Shown: positions 34,697 to 42,838 of the stretch, piece after piece
How the letters are laid out: every line of letters begins with the position of its first letter
Numbering within the stretch: position 1 is the first letter of the stretch
Source: Acidimicrobiia bacterium
Lineage (GTDB): Bacteria > Actinomycetota > Acidimicrobiia > Acidimicrobiales > AC-14
DNA length: 42,838 nt
Reading direction: 5' to 3'
Assembly (NCBI GenBank): GCA_019244985.1
Contig: JAFASB010000142.1
Span: 1-42,838, forward strand
Program-made: the position numbers and the translations under genes
Notes under the pieces: generated by a model
Seen by the model: the letters and a program-made list of their open reading frames with translations, nothing else
Databases searched by the model: none
What the model was told of the DNA's origin: nothing

Positions 34697-36579
34697 CGTC
34701 GGTCGCCCCGACGAGGTCCGGGCGTTCGCACCGGAGCAGTCGGGGTCGCCACCACGGCCACAGACGTCGCCGGCGCAAGGAGGGGTCGTGGCGGTGGCCG
34801 TTGCTGTTGATAGGAGCGATCGTCGTCATCGGCGGGGCGGTCGCCATCGTCGAGTTGGCGCGGGCCGAGCACTACCTGAAGACGGCGCGGGCGGCGCTAC
34901 TCACCGCTGAGTCCGACGTCCGCCAGGAGCAATTGGGCGGTGCGTCCGCGCAGCTGTCGGCGGCGACGGCACAGATCACCAAGGCCGACAACATCCTCCG
35001 CACCGACCCCGTGCTGACCGCGGCGGGCCTCTTCCCGGTGTTCCATCAGAACCTCGAGTCGGTCAAGCGGTCCGTCGCCCTCGTGTTCACCATGGCCCAA
35101 GGCGGGGAACGAACGCTCGAGCTCGCCAAGCCACTCGAGCGTCCGGACGGCAGCATCGAGGTCTCCCTCAACAACGGGACCGTCCCGCTCGACACGGTTG
35201 TCGCCCTGCGCGATCAGCTCACCGACTTCTCGGCCTCGCTCCCGACCGCGAGTCAGGCGCCGGGAAAGACCTTGCTCTTCGGTCCCGTCGCCGACCTCCA
35301 GAAGAAGGTCTACGCGGAAGCGACGCGTCGGCGGAACCAGTTCTCGGGTGCGGCCAACGCCCTCGAGCTCCTCGCCGACATGTCGGGAGCGAACGGGCCC
35401 CGCAGCTATCTGATCGCGGTCGCCAACGCCGCCGAGATGCGAGGCACCGGCGGCATGATCCTCTCCTACGGCACGATCTCGTCGACGAACGGCAAGATCA
35501 CGTTCGACCACGTGGGTTCGGTCGACGAGATCCCCCTGAGCAAGCCGGCACCCGTGCCGAATCCGGCGCCCGACTACCTCCCCCGCTTCGCCGAGTTCTC
35601 GCCAGCGCTCTACTGGCGCAACGTCAACCTGGGGAACGACTTCAACAAGGCCGCGCCGCTGATGGCGAGCATGTACAAGACGGCGACCGGTCGCGATGTC
35701 GACGGCGTCATCCAGGTCGACTCCATGGGGCTCAGCGCCCTGTTGCGTGGCGTCGGCCCCGTCACGGTGCCCGACCTGGGCGAAGTGAACGCCGACAACG
35801 TCGTCCCGCTCACGCTGAACCAGGCATACGTGCTCTTCCCTGACCGCACGGCGAGGCGTGAGTACCTCGGCGCCGTCGCCGACGCGGCTTTCCGGCGCTT
35901 GTTCTCTGGTGCCTATCCGAGCCTGCGAGGCCTGGCCACGGCCCTCGTCGGCGCGGCCAAGGACCACAACGTGATGCTGTGGTCGGCGAGCCCGGACGCC
36001 CAGCAGGCGACGACTGCGCTCGGCGCGGACGGGTCGTTCCCCGACAGCGACAACGCCATGGCCCTCACCGTCCAGAACCTCTCGGGCAACAAGCTCGACT
36101 ACTACCTGGACACGAGCCTGCAGCTGCAGGGCCAGCGAATCGGTGGCCGCCTCGGCCACGTGAAGGCCGTCGTGCAGCTCGCGAACACGGCACCTCCCGG
36201 TGGCCGCCCGGCGTACATCTTCGGGCCGGTGAACCCCACGTTCCGCAACGGCGAGTACCGCGGGGTCGTCAGTCTCTACCTGCCGGCGGGGGCGTCGGTC
36301 GCATCCAGCGCTGGCGTCGACGAGCCGGGGTCGCTGCGCACCGCCGCAGAGGGTGACCACGCTGTCGTCTCATGGCGCGTCGACCTGCAGGCGGGATCGA
36401 CCCACGCCGTCACCCTCGACCTGGTCCTCCCCCCCAGACCGCCGGGGGCACTGACGCTCACGTTCGTTCCTGCGCCGCGTGTCCGTCCGACCGCACTGGC
36501 CGTTGACATCGACGGCGGCGGAGCGGACCGCGTGCGCTACAGCGGAAACCCACAGGCGACCGTGTCGATCGGCGGCTGA
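34693..36579 (+). CDS. DUF4012-domain membrane-anchored protein
   Basis: N-terminal TM; NAAEMRGTGG, WRNVNL..DF, VDGVIQVD, GNKLDYYL motifs. Confidence 0.88.
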   Translation: MTSVAPTRSGRSHRSSRGRHHGHRRRRRKEGSWRWPLLLIGAIVVIGGAVAIVELARAEHYLKTARAALLTAESDVRQEQLGGASAQLSAATAQITKADNILRTDPVLTAAGLFPVFHQNLESVKRSVALVFTMAQGGERTLELAKPLERPDGSIEVSLNNGTVPLDTVVALRDQLTDFSASLPTASQAPGKTLLFGPVADLQKKVYAEATRRRNQFSGAANALELLADMSGANGPRSYLIAVANAAEMRGTGGMILSYGTISSTNGKITFDHVGSVDEIPLSKPAPVPNPAPDYLPRFAEFSPALYWRNVNLGNDFNKAAPLMASMYKTATGRDVDGVIQVDSMGLSALLRGVGPVTVPDLGEVNADNVVPLTLNQAYVLFPDRTARREYLGAVADAAFRRLFSGAYPSLRGLATALVGAAKDHNVMLWSASPDAQQATTALGADGSFPDSDNAMALTVQNLSGNKLDYYLDTSLQLQGQRIGGRLGHVKAVVQLANTAPPGGRPAYIFGPVNPTFRNGEYRGVVSLYLPAGASVASSAGVDEPGSLRTAAEGDHAVVSWRVDLQAGSTHAVTLDLVLPPRPPGALTLTFVPAPRVRPTALAVDIDGGGADRVRYSGNPQATVSIGG

Positions 36580-36746
36580 TTCGCGCACAGCGCGTTGGGT
36601 CGCGCGCCAGGAAAAGTTCTTTCCCGCGGCGAATACTCAGAGTGGGAATGCAGGCTATTCTGTGCGCTCCGAGGTAGTTGAGCCGGTAGCTGCCTGGACG
36701 GGCGCTCGTGCGCCGGGGGGCGGATGTGCGGAAAGTGAGGGGGATC

Positions 36747-37655
36747 GTGGGTATTTCAACACTGCGCCGTCGAGCGGCTGCGGTCGTTGCCATGACGGTC
36801 CTCACGGGCGTCGCCGTTCCTTTGGCCTTGACGATGCAAGCGGCGCCAGGCAGCGCCCAGACCTGCTCGTACCCGTTCGACAACTGCCCCACGACCTCGA
36901 CGTCCCCGACGGGTTCGACCACCCCAGGCAACACGTCCACCACGACGCCCGGCGCCACCACCACGACTCCCGGCGCCACGACGACGACGCCAGGCGCAAC
37001 CACGACGACGCCAGGTGCAACCACGACGACGCCCGGAAACACGACCACGACGGTGGGCGGGGGCACGAACCCCGGCTCGCAGCTCGTGCTCATCATCGAC
37101 CTCAACCGCGGCAAGCCCGGCTCGCTCGTGCGTGTCATGGTCTGCAACGCCCCGGCGGGAACGCTCGTCCAGGTCACGTTCAACGGCACGCTCGTCGCCC
37201 AGGCGACCGCGTCCGACAACGCGGTCAACTGCTCCCGCGGCTTCGCTCTGGCCGCCCACCCGCAGTCGAGCGGCGTGCTCGCCGTCGCCGGCCCACTGGC
37301 CGCTGCCCTCGCCGCGCCGGTGCGGGCCCAGGTCGCCAATACCTCGGGCGCCCAGACGAGCTTCAGCGTGCCGACCAACCTCCCCGACGGCCAGTATCTC
37401 GTGTGCGGTCAGTCGCCCGGGCTGGGTTCGGCGTGCGCTCCCTTCACGATCGACTCGACCAGCGTCGCCGCTTCCGTGTTCGGCAGCGGGAACGCGCCGC
37501 TTCTTTCAGCCAGCAATCCCAACTCATTCTTGGCCTTCACGGGCATGGGCCTCATGCGGCTCCTGCTCCTAGCTGCAGCACTCATCGGTATCGGCTGGTA
37601 TCTCGCGCGTCGCGATCATCGAAACCATCGAGGTCGTCGCGCGAGCGCAGTCTGA
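36747..37655 (+). CDS. Secreted Thr-rich surface protein with LAFTG (LPXTG-like) sorting signal
   Basis: Signal peptide, ATTTTPG repeats, six Cys, LAFTG (37530-37544) plus hydrophobic helix and basic tail; start 36747 (SD GAGG) or 36708. Confidence 0.85.
   Translation: MGISTLRRRAAAVVAMTVLTGVAVPLALTMQAAPGSAQTCSYPFDNCPTTSTSPTGSTTPGNTSTTTPGATTTTPGATTTTPGATTTTPGATTTTPGNTTTTVGGGTNPGSQLVLIIDLNRGKPGSLVRVMVCNAPAGTLVQVTFNGTLVAQATASDNAVNCSRGFALAAHPQSSGVLAVAGPLAAALAAPVRAQVANTSGAQTSFSVPTNLPDGQYLVCGQSPGLGSACAPFTIDSTSVAASVFGSGNAPLLSASNPNSFLAFTGMGLMRLLLLAAALIGIGWYLARRDHRNHRGRRASAV
36918..37052 (+). repeat. Degenerate 21-bp coding repeat (ATTTTPG x4 plus flanking variants)
   Basis: TTPGNTSTTTPG-(ATTTTPG)4-NTTTT, with synonymous differences between units. 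Confidence 0.9.
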
Positions 37656-37683
37656 CCACCTTCGGGGGGAGGGGGGCGTTCGG

Positions 37684-39111
37684 TTGCTGACCGAGCGACA
37701 TCGCGCAGATCTGCCCGCGGTCATCGCCGCTGAGGACCGCACGACGGCGGCGCCTGGATGGTTGACGCTGGCCGAGGCCGTCCATGGGTCGGCCACCGAG
37801 GGGCGGGTCGTGCTCGTCGACGTCCTCGTCCTGGCGCTCGCGCTCCGCGCCGCCGGGATCACGAGGGCCGCCGCCATCGTGGGGATCCCGGCCTTCGTCA
37901 TCGCCGCGGCGATCACGAGGCTCTACCGTCATCGCGGCACGGTCGAGGCCGTCGGCGTCACCTGGTATCTGCGTCTCCTCCCGGCCCCGCTGCTCGCCCT
38001 GGGCGCCGTCCTGTCAGTGGCAGGGGTGGACTCCGCCGATGTCCTGCTGCCGGCCGTGGCCGCCGCCGCTGCGGCTCTCCTCGCCGTGCGCGCCACCACG
38101 TGGATGATCGTGTCGCGAGCCCGCCAGCGCAATCTCGGGCTCCGCCCCGCGCTGCTGATCGGAAGCCCGAGGCGCGTTGCCCAGGTCGAGCGACGGCTCT
38201 CGTTCTTTCCCGATCGTGGACTCGAGCCGTCGGCGTCGTACTCGCCGCCGTCCCTGGGCGGCAGCGACACCGAGGTCCAGCTGCGCTACGTGCGTCATCT
38301 GTTGCAGCGCGGCGAGCTCGCCCACGTGCTCGTCCTCGGCGAAGGCGACGGTCAGTACGACGACGTCCTGACCGACCTCCGGCGCGGGCTCGGCGATACC
38401 GCCGCCGAATGCAGCATGGTCCTGCCGTCGGTCGGAGCCTCGCAATGTGAGGCCGTCGGACGCATCGGCGACCTCGGAATTCTGCCGCTCGGCCGCCTCA
38501 GCCCTCGGCCCCCTCGCATGTGGGCGAAGCGCCTCATCGACATCGCCGTTTCCGCGACGCTGCTCATCTTCCTGGCGCCGGTCCTGCTCCTCGTGTCGCT
38601 CGCCATCTGGCTGTACGACCACGGGCCGGTGATCTACAGGCAGCGCCGGGTCGGGCTCGACAACCAGGAGTTCTGGATCTGGAAGTTCCGCTCGATGGTC
38701 CCCAACGCGGACTCGATGATGAACCAGCTCGAGGCCGACAACATCTCGAACGGGCTCCTGTTCAAGCTTTCCGACGACCCCCGGGTGACGCCCGTCGGGC
38801 ATCTCATCCGTCGGCTCTCGCTCGACGAGCTGCCCCAGTTCATCAACGTGCTGCGCGGTGACATGAGCCTGGTCGGCCCGAGGCCGCTGCCTGTGGACCC
38901 CGAGGACTTCGACGCCGTGGCCGCCCGTCGCCACCGTGTCCGGCCCGGCATCACCGGGCCGTGGCAGGTGGCCGGTGGCCACGTCATGGGCTACGAAGAG
39001 ATGATCAAGCTCGACCTGGCGTATGTCGACTCGTGGTCCGTGCGCCAGGACCTGTGGCTGCTGTTCATGACGGTCCCCACCGTCCTGCTGCGCCGTTCAT
39101 CGGCGTATTGA
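37684..39111 (+). CDS. Priming polyprenyl phosphoglycosyl transferase (WcaJ/WbaP/CpsE family)
   Basis: N-terminal TMs; KRLIDI, KFRSM, DDPRVT, LDELPQFINVLRGDMSLVGPRP, PGITGPWQV, DLAYV. Confidence 0.94.
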   Translation: MLTERHRADLPAVIAAEDRTTAAPGWLTLAEAVHGSATEGRVVLVDVLVLALALRAAGITRAAAIVGIPAFVIAAAITRLYRHRGTVEAVGVTWYLRLLPAPLLALGAVLSVAGVDSADVLLPAVAAAAAALLAVRATTWMIVSRARQRNLGLRPALLIGSPRRVAQVERRLSFFPDRGLEPSASYSPPSLGGSDTEVQLRYVRHLLQRGELAHVLVLGEGDGQYDDVLTDLRRGLGDTAAECSMVLPSVGASQCEAVGRIGDLGILPLGRLSPRPPRMWAKRLIDIAVSATLLIFLAPVLLLVSLAIWLYDHGPVIYRQRRVGLDNQEFWIWKFRSMVPNADSMMNQLEADNISNGLLFKLSDDPRVTPVGHLIRRLSLDELPQFINVLRGDMSLVGPRPLPVDPEDFDAVAARRHRVRPGITGPWQVAGGHVMGYEEMIKLDLAYVDSWSVRQDLWLLFMTVPTVLLRRSSAY

Positions 39112-39140
39112 CCCTGAGCCGCTGGCGCGGCTCTCTGCGC

Positions 39141-39146
39141 GACAAT
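39141..39146 (+). promoter_or_regulatory. Putative -10 box (GACAAT), leaderless arrangement for purF
   Basis: 6 nt before in-frame GTG 39153. Confidence 0.45.
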
Positions 39147-39152
39147 GGTCCC

Positions 39153-40655
39153 GTGCCCCCTCCCCCTGTTTGGGATGACGCGCCGCGGGATTTCTGCGGT
39201 GTCTTCGGCGTGTACGCGCCGGCCAAGGCCGTTGCCGAGCTGACGTTCCTCGGCCTCCACGCCCTGCAGCACCGAGGCCAGGAGTCGGCCGGGCTGGCGG
39301 TCAGCGACGGCGACACGATCACCGTCGTCAAGGACATGGGGTTGGTCACCAACGCCTTCGACAGCCGCACGCTGGCGCCGTTGCAGGGCCACCTTGCCAT
39401 CGGCCACGTGCGCTACTCGACGACCGGCTCGAGCTCGTGGGACAACGCGCAGCCCATCTACCGCTCGGTCGGCGAGGCGGGGTTCGCGCTCGGCCACAAC
39501 GGCAACCTGGTCAACACCAAGAGCCTTGCGCTCGAGACCGCGACCTTGAGCGGAACGCTCACCAGCGACAGCGACGTCGTGGCCGAGATGCTCTCGACCG
39601 AGATCATCGCCGACGGTGAGGGTCGTCTCAGCGACGGCCGCGACCTGGAGCGCGCGCTGATGAAGGTGCTGCCCCGCCTCCAGGGCGCCTTCTCCTTCGT
39701 GATCATGGACGACAGCCATCTCATCGGCGTCCGCGATCCCAACGGTTTCCGGCCGTTGTGCCTCGGGCGGCTGGAGGGCGGCTGGGTGCTGGCGTCGGAG
39801 ACGCCGGCGCTCGACATCGTCGGCGCCCACTTCGTGCGCGAGCTCGCTCCGGGCGAGATGGTCGTCATCGACGCGACCGGCACGCGGTCGCTGTACCCCT
39901 TCCCCGCAGAGGCGGTCGACCCCAAGCTCTGCCTCTTCGAGTTCGTCTACTTCGCCCGCCCCGACAGCCAGCTCTACGGCCAGAGCGTGCACACGGCTCG
40001 GCAGCGCATGGGCGAGCAGCTGGCCGAGCAGGCGCCGGTCGAGGCCGACATGGTGATGCCCGTTCCCGAGTCGGGCATCCCCGCGGCCGAGGGCTACGCC
40101 CGTCGTTCTGGGATCCCGTTCGGTCATGGACTCGTGAAGAACCGCTACATCGGCCGCACGTTCATCGCGCCCAGCCAGAGCGAGCGTGACGTCGCCGTGC
40201 GCATGAAGCTGAACCCGATCCGGGAGAACATCGCCGGGAAGCGTGTCGTGGTCGTCGACGACTCAATCGTTCGGGGCACCACCCAGCGGGGACTCATACG
40301 CATGCTCCGCGAAGCAGGTGCCGCCGAGGTTCACCTCCGCATCTCACTGCCGCCCGTTGCCTGGCCGTGCTTCTTCGGGATGGACTTCGGCACGCGGACC
40401 GAGCTGATCGCCGCGAGCATGTCCGTCGGCGAGATCCGCGAGTACCTCGGCTGCGACTCGCTCGCCTACCTCGAGCTCGACCGCCTGGTTGCCGCGACCG
40501 GCACCGCCCGGTCGGGGTTCTGCACGGCATGCCTCACCGGCGAGTACCCGATCGACGTGCCGCTGGCCGCGTCGGCGCGGGGCGGCGACGCTGTGGACGG
40601 GGCCGACCGTTCGTCGAGTGGCGCTGACCTCGCCCCTCGAAGCATCAGTGGGTGA
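39153..40655 (+). CDS. purF: Amidophosphoribosyltransferase
   Basis: Short propeptide then CGVFG; LQHRGQESAG, GHVRYSTTG, CLFEFVYFARPDS, VVVDDSIVRGTT, FCTAC. Confidence 0.97.
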   Translation: MPPPPVWDDAPRDFCGVFGVYAPAKAVAELTFLGLHALQHRGQESAGLAVSDGDTITVVKDMGLVTNAFDSRTLAPLQGHLAIGHVRYSTTGSSSWDNAQPIYRSVGEAGFALGHNGNLVNTKSLALETATLSGTLTSDSDVVAEMLSTEIIADGEGRLSDGRDLERALMKVLPRLQGAFSFVIMDDSHLIGVRDPNGFRPLCLGRLEGGWVLASETPALDIVGAHFVRELAPGEMVVIDATGTRSLYPFPAEAVDPKLCLFEFVYFARPDSQLYGQSVHTARQRMGEQLAEQAPVEADMVMPVPESGIPAAEGYARRSGIPFGHGLVKNRYIGRTFIAPSQSERDVAVRMKLNPIRENIAGKRVVVVDDSIVRGTTQRGLIRMLREAGAAEVHLRISLPPVAWPCFFGMDFGTRTELIAASMSVGEIREYLGCDSLAYLELDRLVAATGTARSGFCTACLTGEYPIDVPLAASARGGDAVDGADRSSSGADLAPRSISG

Positions 40656-41679
40656 GACCTACGAAGGGGCGGGGGTCAGCATTGCCGCCGGCGACGAGGC
40701 AGTCGCCCGCATAAAGGACCGCCTCCGCAGCACCTTCCGGCCCGAGGTGGTCGGCGACATCGGGGGGTTCGGTGGGCTGTTCGCCTTCGACCCGCAGCGC
40801 TATCGCGACCCCATCCTCGTGTCGTCGACCGACGGTGTCGGCACCAAGGCGCTCGTCGCCCAGACCACGGGTCGGTTCACGACGATCGGGGTCGACCTGG
40901 TGGCGATGTGCGTCGACGACATCGCCGCTCAGGGTGCCGAGGCCCTGTTCTTCCTCGACTACATCGCCGTCGGCCGCCTCGAGCCCGACCAGGTGGAGGC
41001 GCTCGTCACCGGGATGGTCGACGGCTGCCGGCAGGCCGGATGTGCATTGATCGGCGGCGAGATGGCCGAGCACCCCGGCGCCCTCGAGCCCGGTGAGTTC
41101 GACCTGGTCGGCTTCACGGTCGGCGTCGCCGAGCGCGACGGGTTGATCACCGGCGAGCGCATCGCCGAGGGCGACCGGCTCATCGGCCTGCGCTCCGATG
41201 GCCTGCGCAGCAACGGTTACTCCCTGGCCCGTCGCGTGCTGCTCGACAGGGCCGGGCTCGACCTCGGCGGGCCCGCCTGGCAGGGAGCCCACCACTCCCT
41301 CGCCGACGAGCTCCTTCGTCCGTCCGACATCTACGCGCGGGCGTTGAACGCACTCGCCCGCGACGTCGACGTCCACGGCCTGGCCCACATCACCGGCGGA
41401 GGGTTGCCGGGAAACATCTCGCGCGTCCTGCCGCGGACCTGTGACGCCGTCGTCGAGCGGACGAAGTGGGAGGTGCCGCGCATCTTCACCGAGATCCAGC
41501 GCCTCGGCGATGTCGCCGATGACGAGATGGCGCGCGTGTTCAACCTCGGCATCGGCATGGTGGCCGTCGTGCCGCCGGGCGACGTTCCCCGCGCCCACGA
41601 CGTCCTGCGCTCGCACGGCGTCGGGTCGGTGGAGATCGGTGCTGTCGTCGCGGGCTCGGGGGCGGTCAGCATCGTCTGA
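40648..41679 (+). CDS. purM: Phosphoribosylformylglycinamidine cyclo-ligase (AIR synthetase)
   Basis: TYEGAGV, GGFGGLF, STDGVGTK, FFLDY, LIGGEMAEHPG, HITGGG, VFNLGIGM. Confidence 0.97.
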   Translation: MGETYEGAGVSIAAGDEAVARIKDRLRSTFRPEVVGDIGGFGGLFAFDPQRYRDPILVSSTDGVGTKALVAQTTGRFTTIGVDLVAMCVDDIAAQGAEALFFLDYIAVGRLEPDQVEALVTGMVDGCRQAGCALIGGEMAEHPGALEPGEFDLVGFTVGVAERDGLITGERIAEGDRLIGLRSDGLRSNGYSLARRVLLDRAGLDLGGPAWQGAHHSLADELLRPSDIYARALNALARDVDVHGLAHITGGGLPGNISRVLPRTCDAVVERTKWEVPRIFTEIQRLGDVADDEMARVFNLGIGMVAVVPPGDVPRAHDVLRSHGVGSVEIGAVVAGSGAVSIV

Positions 41680-42098
41680 TGGCGGGGATCGTGTTGATTG
41701 TCGACGACGAGCCGGACGTGCTGCTTTTGCTGCGCGTCAACCTCGAAGCCGCCGGCTACAACACCGTGCTCGCCGCGGACGGCGAGATGGCGTTGGCGCG
41801 CATCGACGAGACCGATCCCGACGTCGTGCTGCTCGACATCATGATGCCGGTGATGGATGGGTGGGGCGTCCTCCGCGCCCTGTCCGAACGCGACAACGGC
41901 CCGCGTGTGATCGTCGTCTCGGCCAAGTCGAGCGACCGCGACATCGTGCGGGCACTGACGTCCGGCGCCCTCGACTACGTGACCAAACCGTTCGACCCCG
42001 ACGGTCTCGTCGACGTCGTGGCCCGCGCCGTCACCAGCCCACTCGAGGACCTCGAGCGCCACCGGCGTGACCTGATCGAACGGTGCGGCGGGACGTGA
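41679..42098 (+). CDS. Single-domain response regulator (receiver only)
   Basis: LIVDDE, LLDIMMPVMDG, VSA, YVTKPF; no output domain. Confidence 0.92.
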   Translation: MAGIVLIVDDEPDVLLLLRVNLEAAGYNTVLAADGEMALARIDETDPDVVLLDIMMPVMDGWGVLRALSERDNGPRVIVVSAKSSDRDIVRALTSGALDYVTKPFDPDGLVDVVARAVTSPLEDLERHRRDLIERCGGT

Positions 42099-42652
42099 TG
42101 CCCGGGCGGCGCGCGACCTGGCTGCTCGCCGGCGTCCTGATGGTCACGGCCACGGCGTGCGGTAGTCAGCCGGCGATGACGAGGACCGACGCCCGCACGT
42201 TCGCCCGTCAGGCGCTCGTGCGTGTCGGCTTCACCGGCGTCACGGTCGACCGCACGGTCACGCTCGCGTCCTACCGGTCTCCCGATCCCAAGTTCCGCAC
42301 GCAGAAGCCGGTCGCCGTCTGGCAGACCCACAGCACGATCGACGGGCAGGGCAGCGTCGACCTCTACGTCCCGCGCAAGGGCAACAGCGCCGTCTTCGTC
42401 CGAGACGAGGCGACGGCCGGCGGGCCCCTCCTCACCGACCGCCAGTTCAAGCTGCTCCGCGACTTTCGTCTGAACCCCGCCGCCAACCGTCGTAGCGACC
42501 GGATCCACGGACCGAAGGTGGCGGCGATCATCCTCCTCGTCCTGGTCGGCGCCGCCGCCCTCGCCGCCGCGGTCTCCAGCCGCACGCAGCCGCGCCCGCC
42601 GCCGCCGCGGGACGAGACGCCCCTGCCCCCGGAGCCCGCATCCGTCCTCTGA
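42098..42652 (+). CDS. Hypothetical lipoprotein with additional C-terminal TM helix
   Basis: Signal peptide ending ATA-C; C-terminal VAAIILLVLVGAAALAAAV and Pro-rich tail; TGATG overlap. Confidence 0.7.
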   Translation: MPGRRATWLLAGVLMVTATACGSQPAMTRTDARTFARQALVRVGFTGVTVDRTVTLASYRSPDPKFRTQKPVAVWQTHSTIDGQGSVDLYVPRKGNSAVFVRDEATAGGPLLTDRQFKLLRDFRLNPAANRRSDRIHGPKVAAIILLVLVGAAALAAAVSSRTQPRPPPPRDETPLPPEPASVL

Positions 42653-42659
42653 TCCGGTT

Positions 42660-42838
42660 TTAGTGGGCCGCCATGTCCTTGATGGCGGCGACGACGGTGT
42701 CGGCGCCGATGCTGACCGCTGCTTCCATCGGGGCAGCGAACGGCATGGCGGGGACGTCGGGCATGGCCAGGCGGCGGATCGGGCAGTCGAGGTCGTAGAA
42801 CGCCTCCTCGGCAACGAAGGCGGCGACCTCGGCGCCGA
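42660..42838 (-). CDS. 2-oxoacid dehydrogenase E1 beta subunit, C-terminal fragment (runs off window)
   Basis: Manual translation: GAEVAAFVAEEAFYDLDCPIRRLAMPDVPAMPFAAPMEAAVSIGADTVVAAIKDMAAH*. Confidence 0.88.
   Translation of the reverse strand, partial: GAEVAAFVAEEAFYDLDCPIRRLAMPDVPAMPFAAPMEAAVSIGADTVVAAIKDMAAH

Noticed and set aside
30066-37052. Tandem repeats as possible CRISPR arrays
   Set aside because: Contiguous in-frame coding repeats with no spacers and no cas genes
37656-37676. cTTCGg hairpin after the LAFTG gene as a terminator
   Set aside because: Stem is very short and mismatched, with no U-tract; the G-rich arm is better explained as the SD of the next gene
42700-42760. Possible frameshift in the E1-beta C-terminus at the G run near 42730
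   Set aside because: Recount shows four Gs, giving an intact frame (PFAAPMEAAV) through to TAA at 42660
389-42814. Many long alternative-frame or antisense ORFs (e.g. 903-2348, 8850-10385, 12633-14087, 16164-17804, 28900-30534, 34897-36360, 41975-42814)
   Set aside because: Arg/Pro/Ala-rich shadow ORFs expected at about 70% GC; they overlap genes with clear family motifs and have none of their own

Overview
High-GC (about 70%) actinobacterial-type DNA, plausibly Acidimicrobiia (inferred from composition and gene content). Positions 1-39111 form a large cell-surface polysaccharide locus. It encodes eleven GT2/GT4/GT8 glycosyltransferases and a priming phosphoglycosyl transferase. It carries two export systems: ABC-type (Wzm/Wzt with a C-terminal binding domain) and Wzx/Wzy-type (with a CapA/CapB co-polymerase-kinase pair). 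It also has a CDP-6-deoxyhexose pathway, seven methyltransferases, four acyltransferases, a secreted SGNH esterase, a 2OG-Fe(II) oxygenase, and PAP2 and PHP phosphatases. At the right end a coiled-coil protein, a DUF4012 protein, a Thr-rich LAFTG (sortase-type) surface protein and the priming transferase sit together. The DUF4012 protein has LCP-like motifs, suggesting (hypothesis) a system that ligates the polysaccharide onto a wall-anchored glycoprotein. Housekeeping genes follow: purF, purM, a receiver-only response regulator, a lipoprotein and the 3' end of a 2-oxoacid dehydrogenase E1-beta gene. Other notable signals are a sharp compositional break inside the first gene (possible assembly chimera), many leaderless-type -10 boxes, and a 17-bp duplication that creates a translational-relay mini-ORF. 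No tRNA, rRNA, CRISPR or mobile element was recognised. All family calls come from motif recognition by eye, not database searches.
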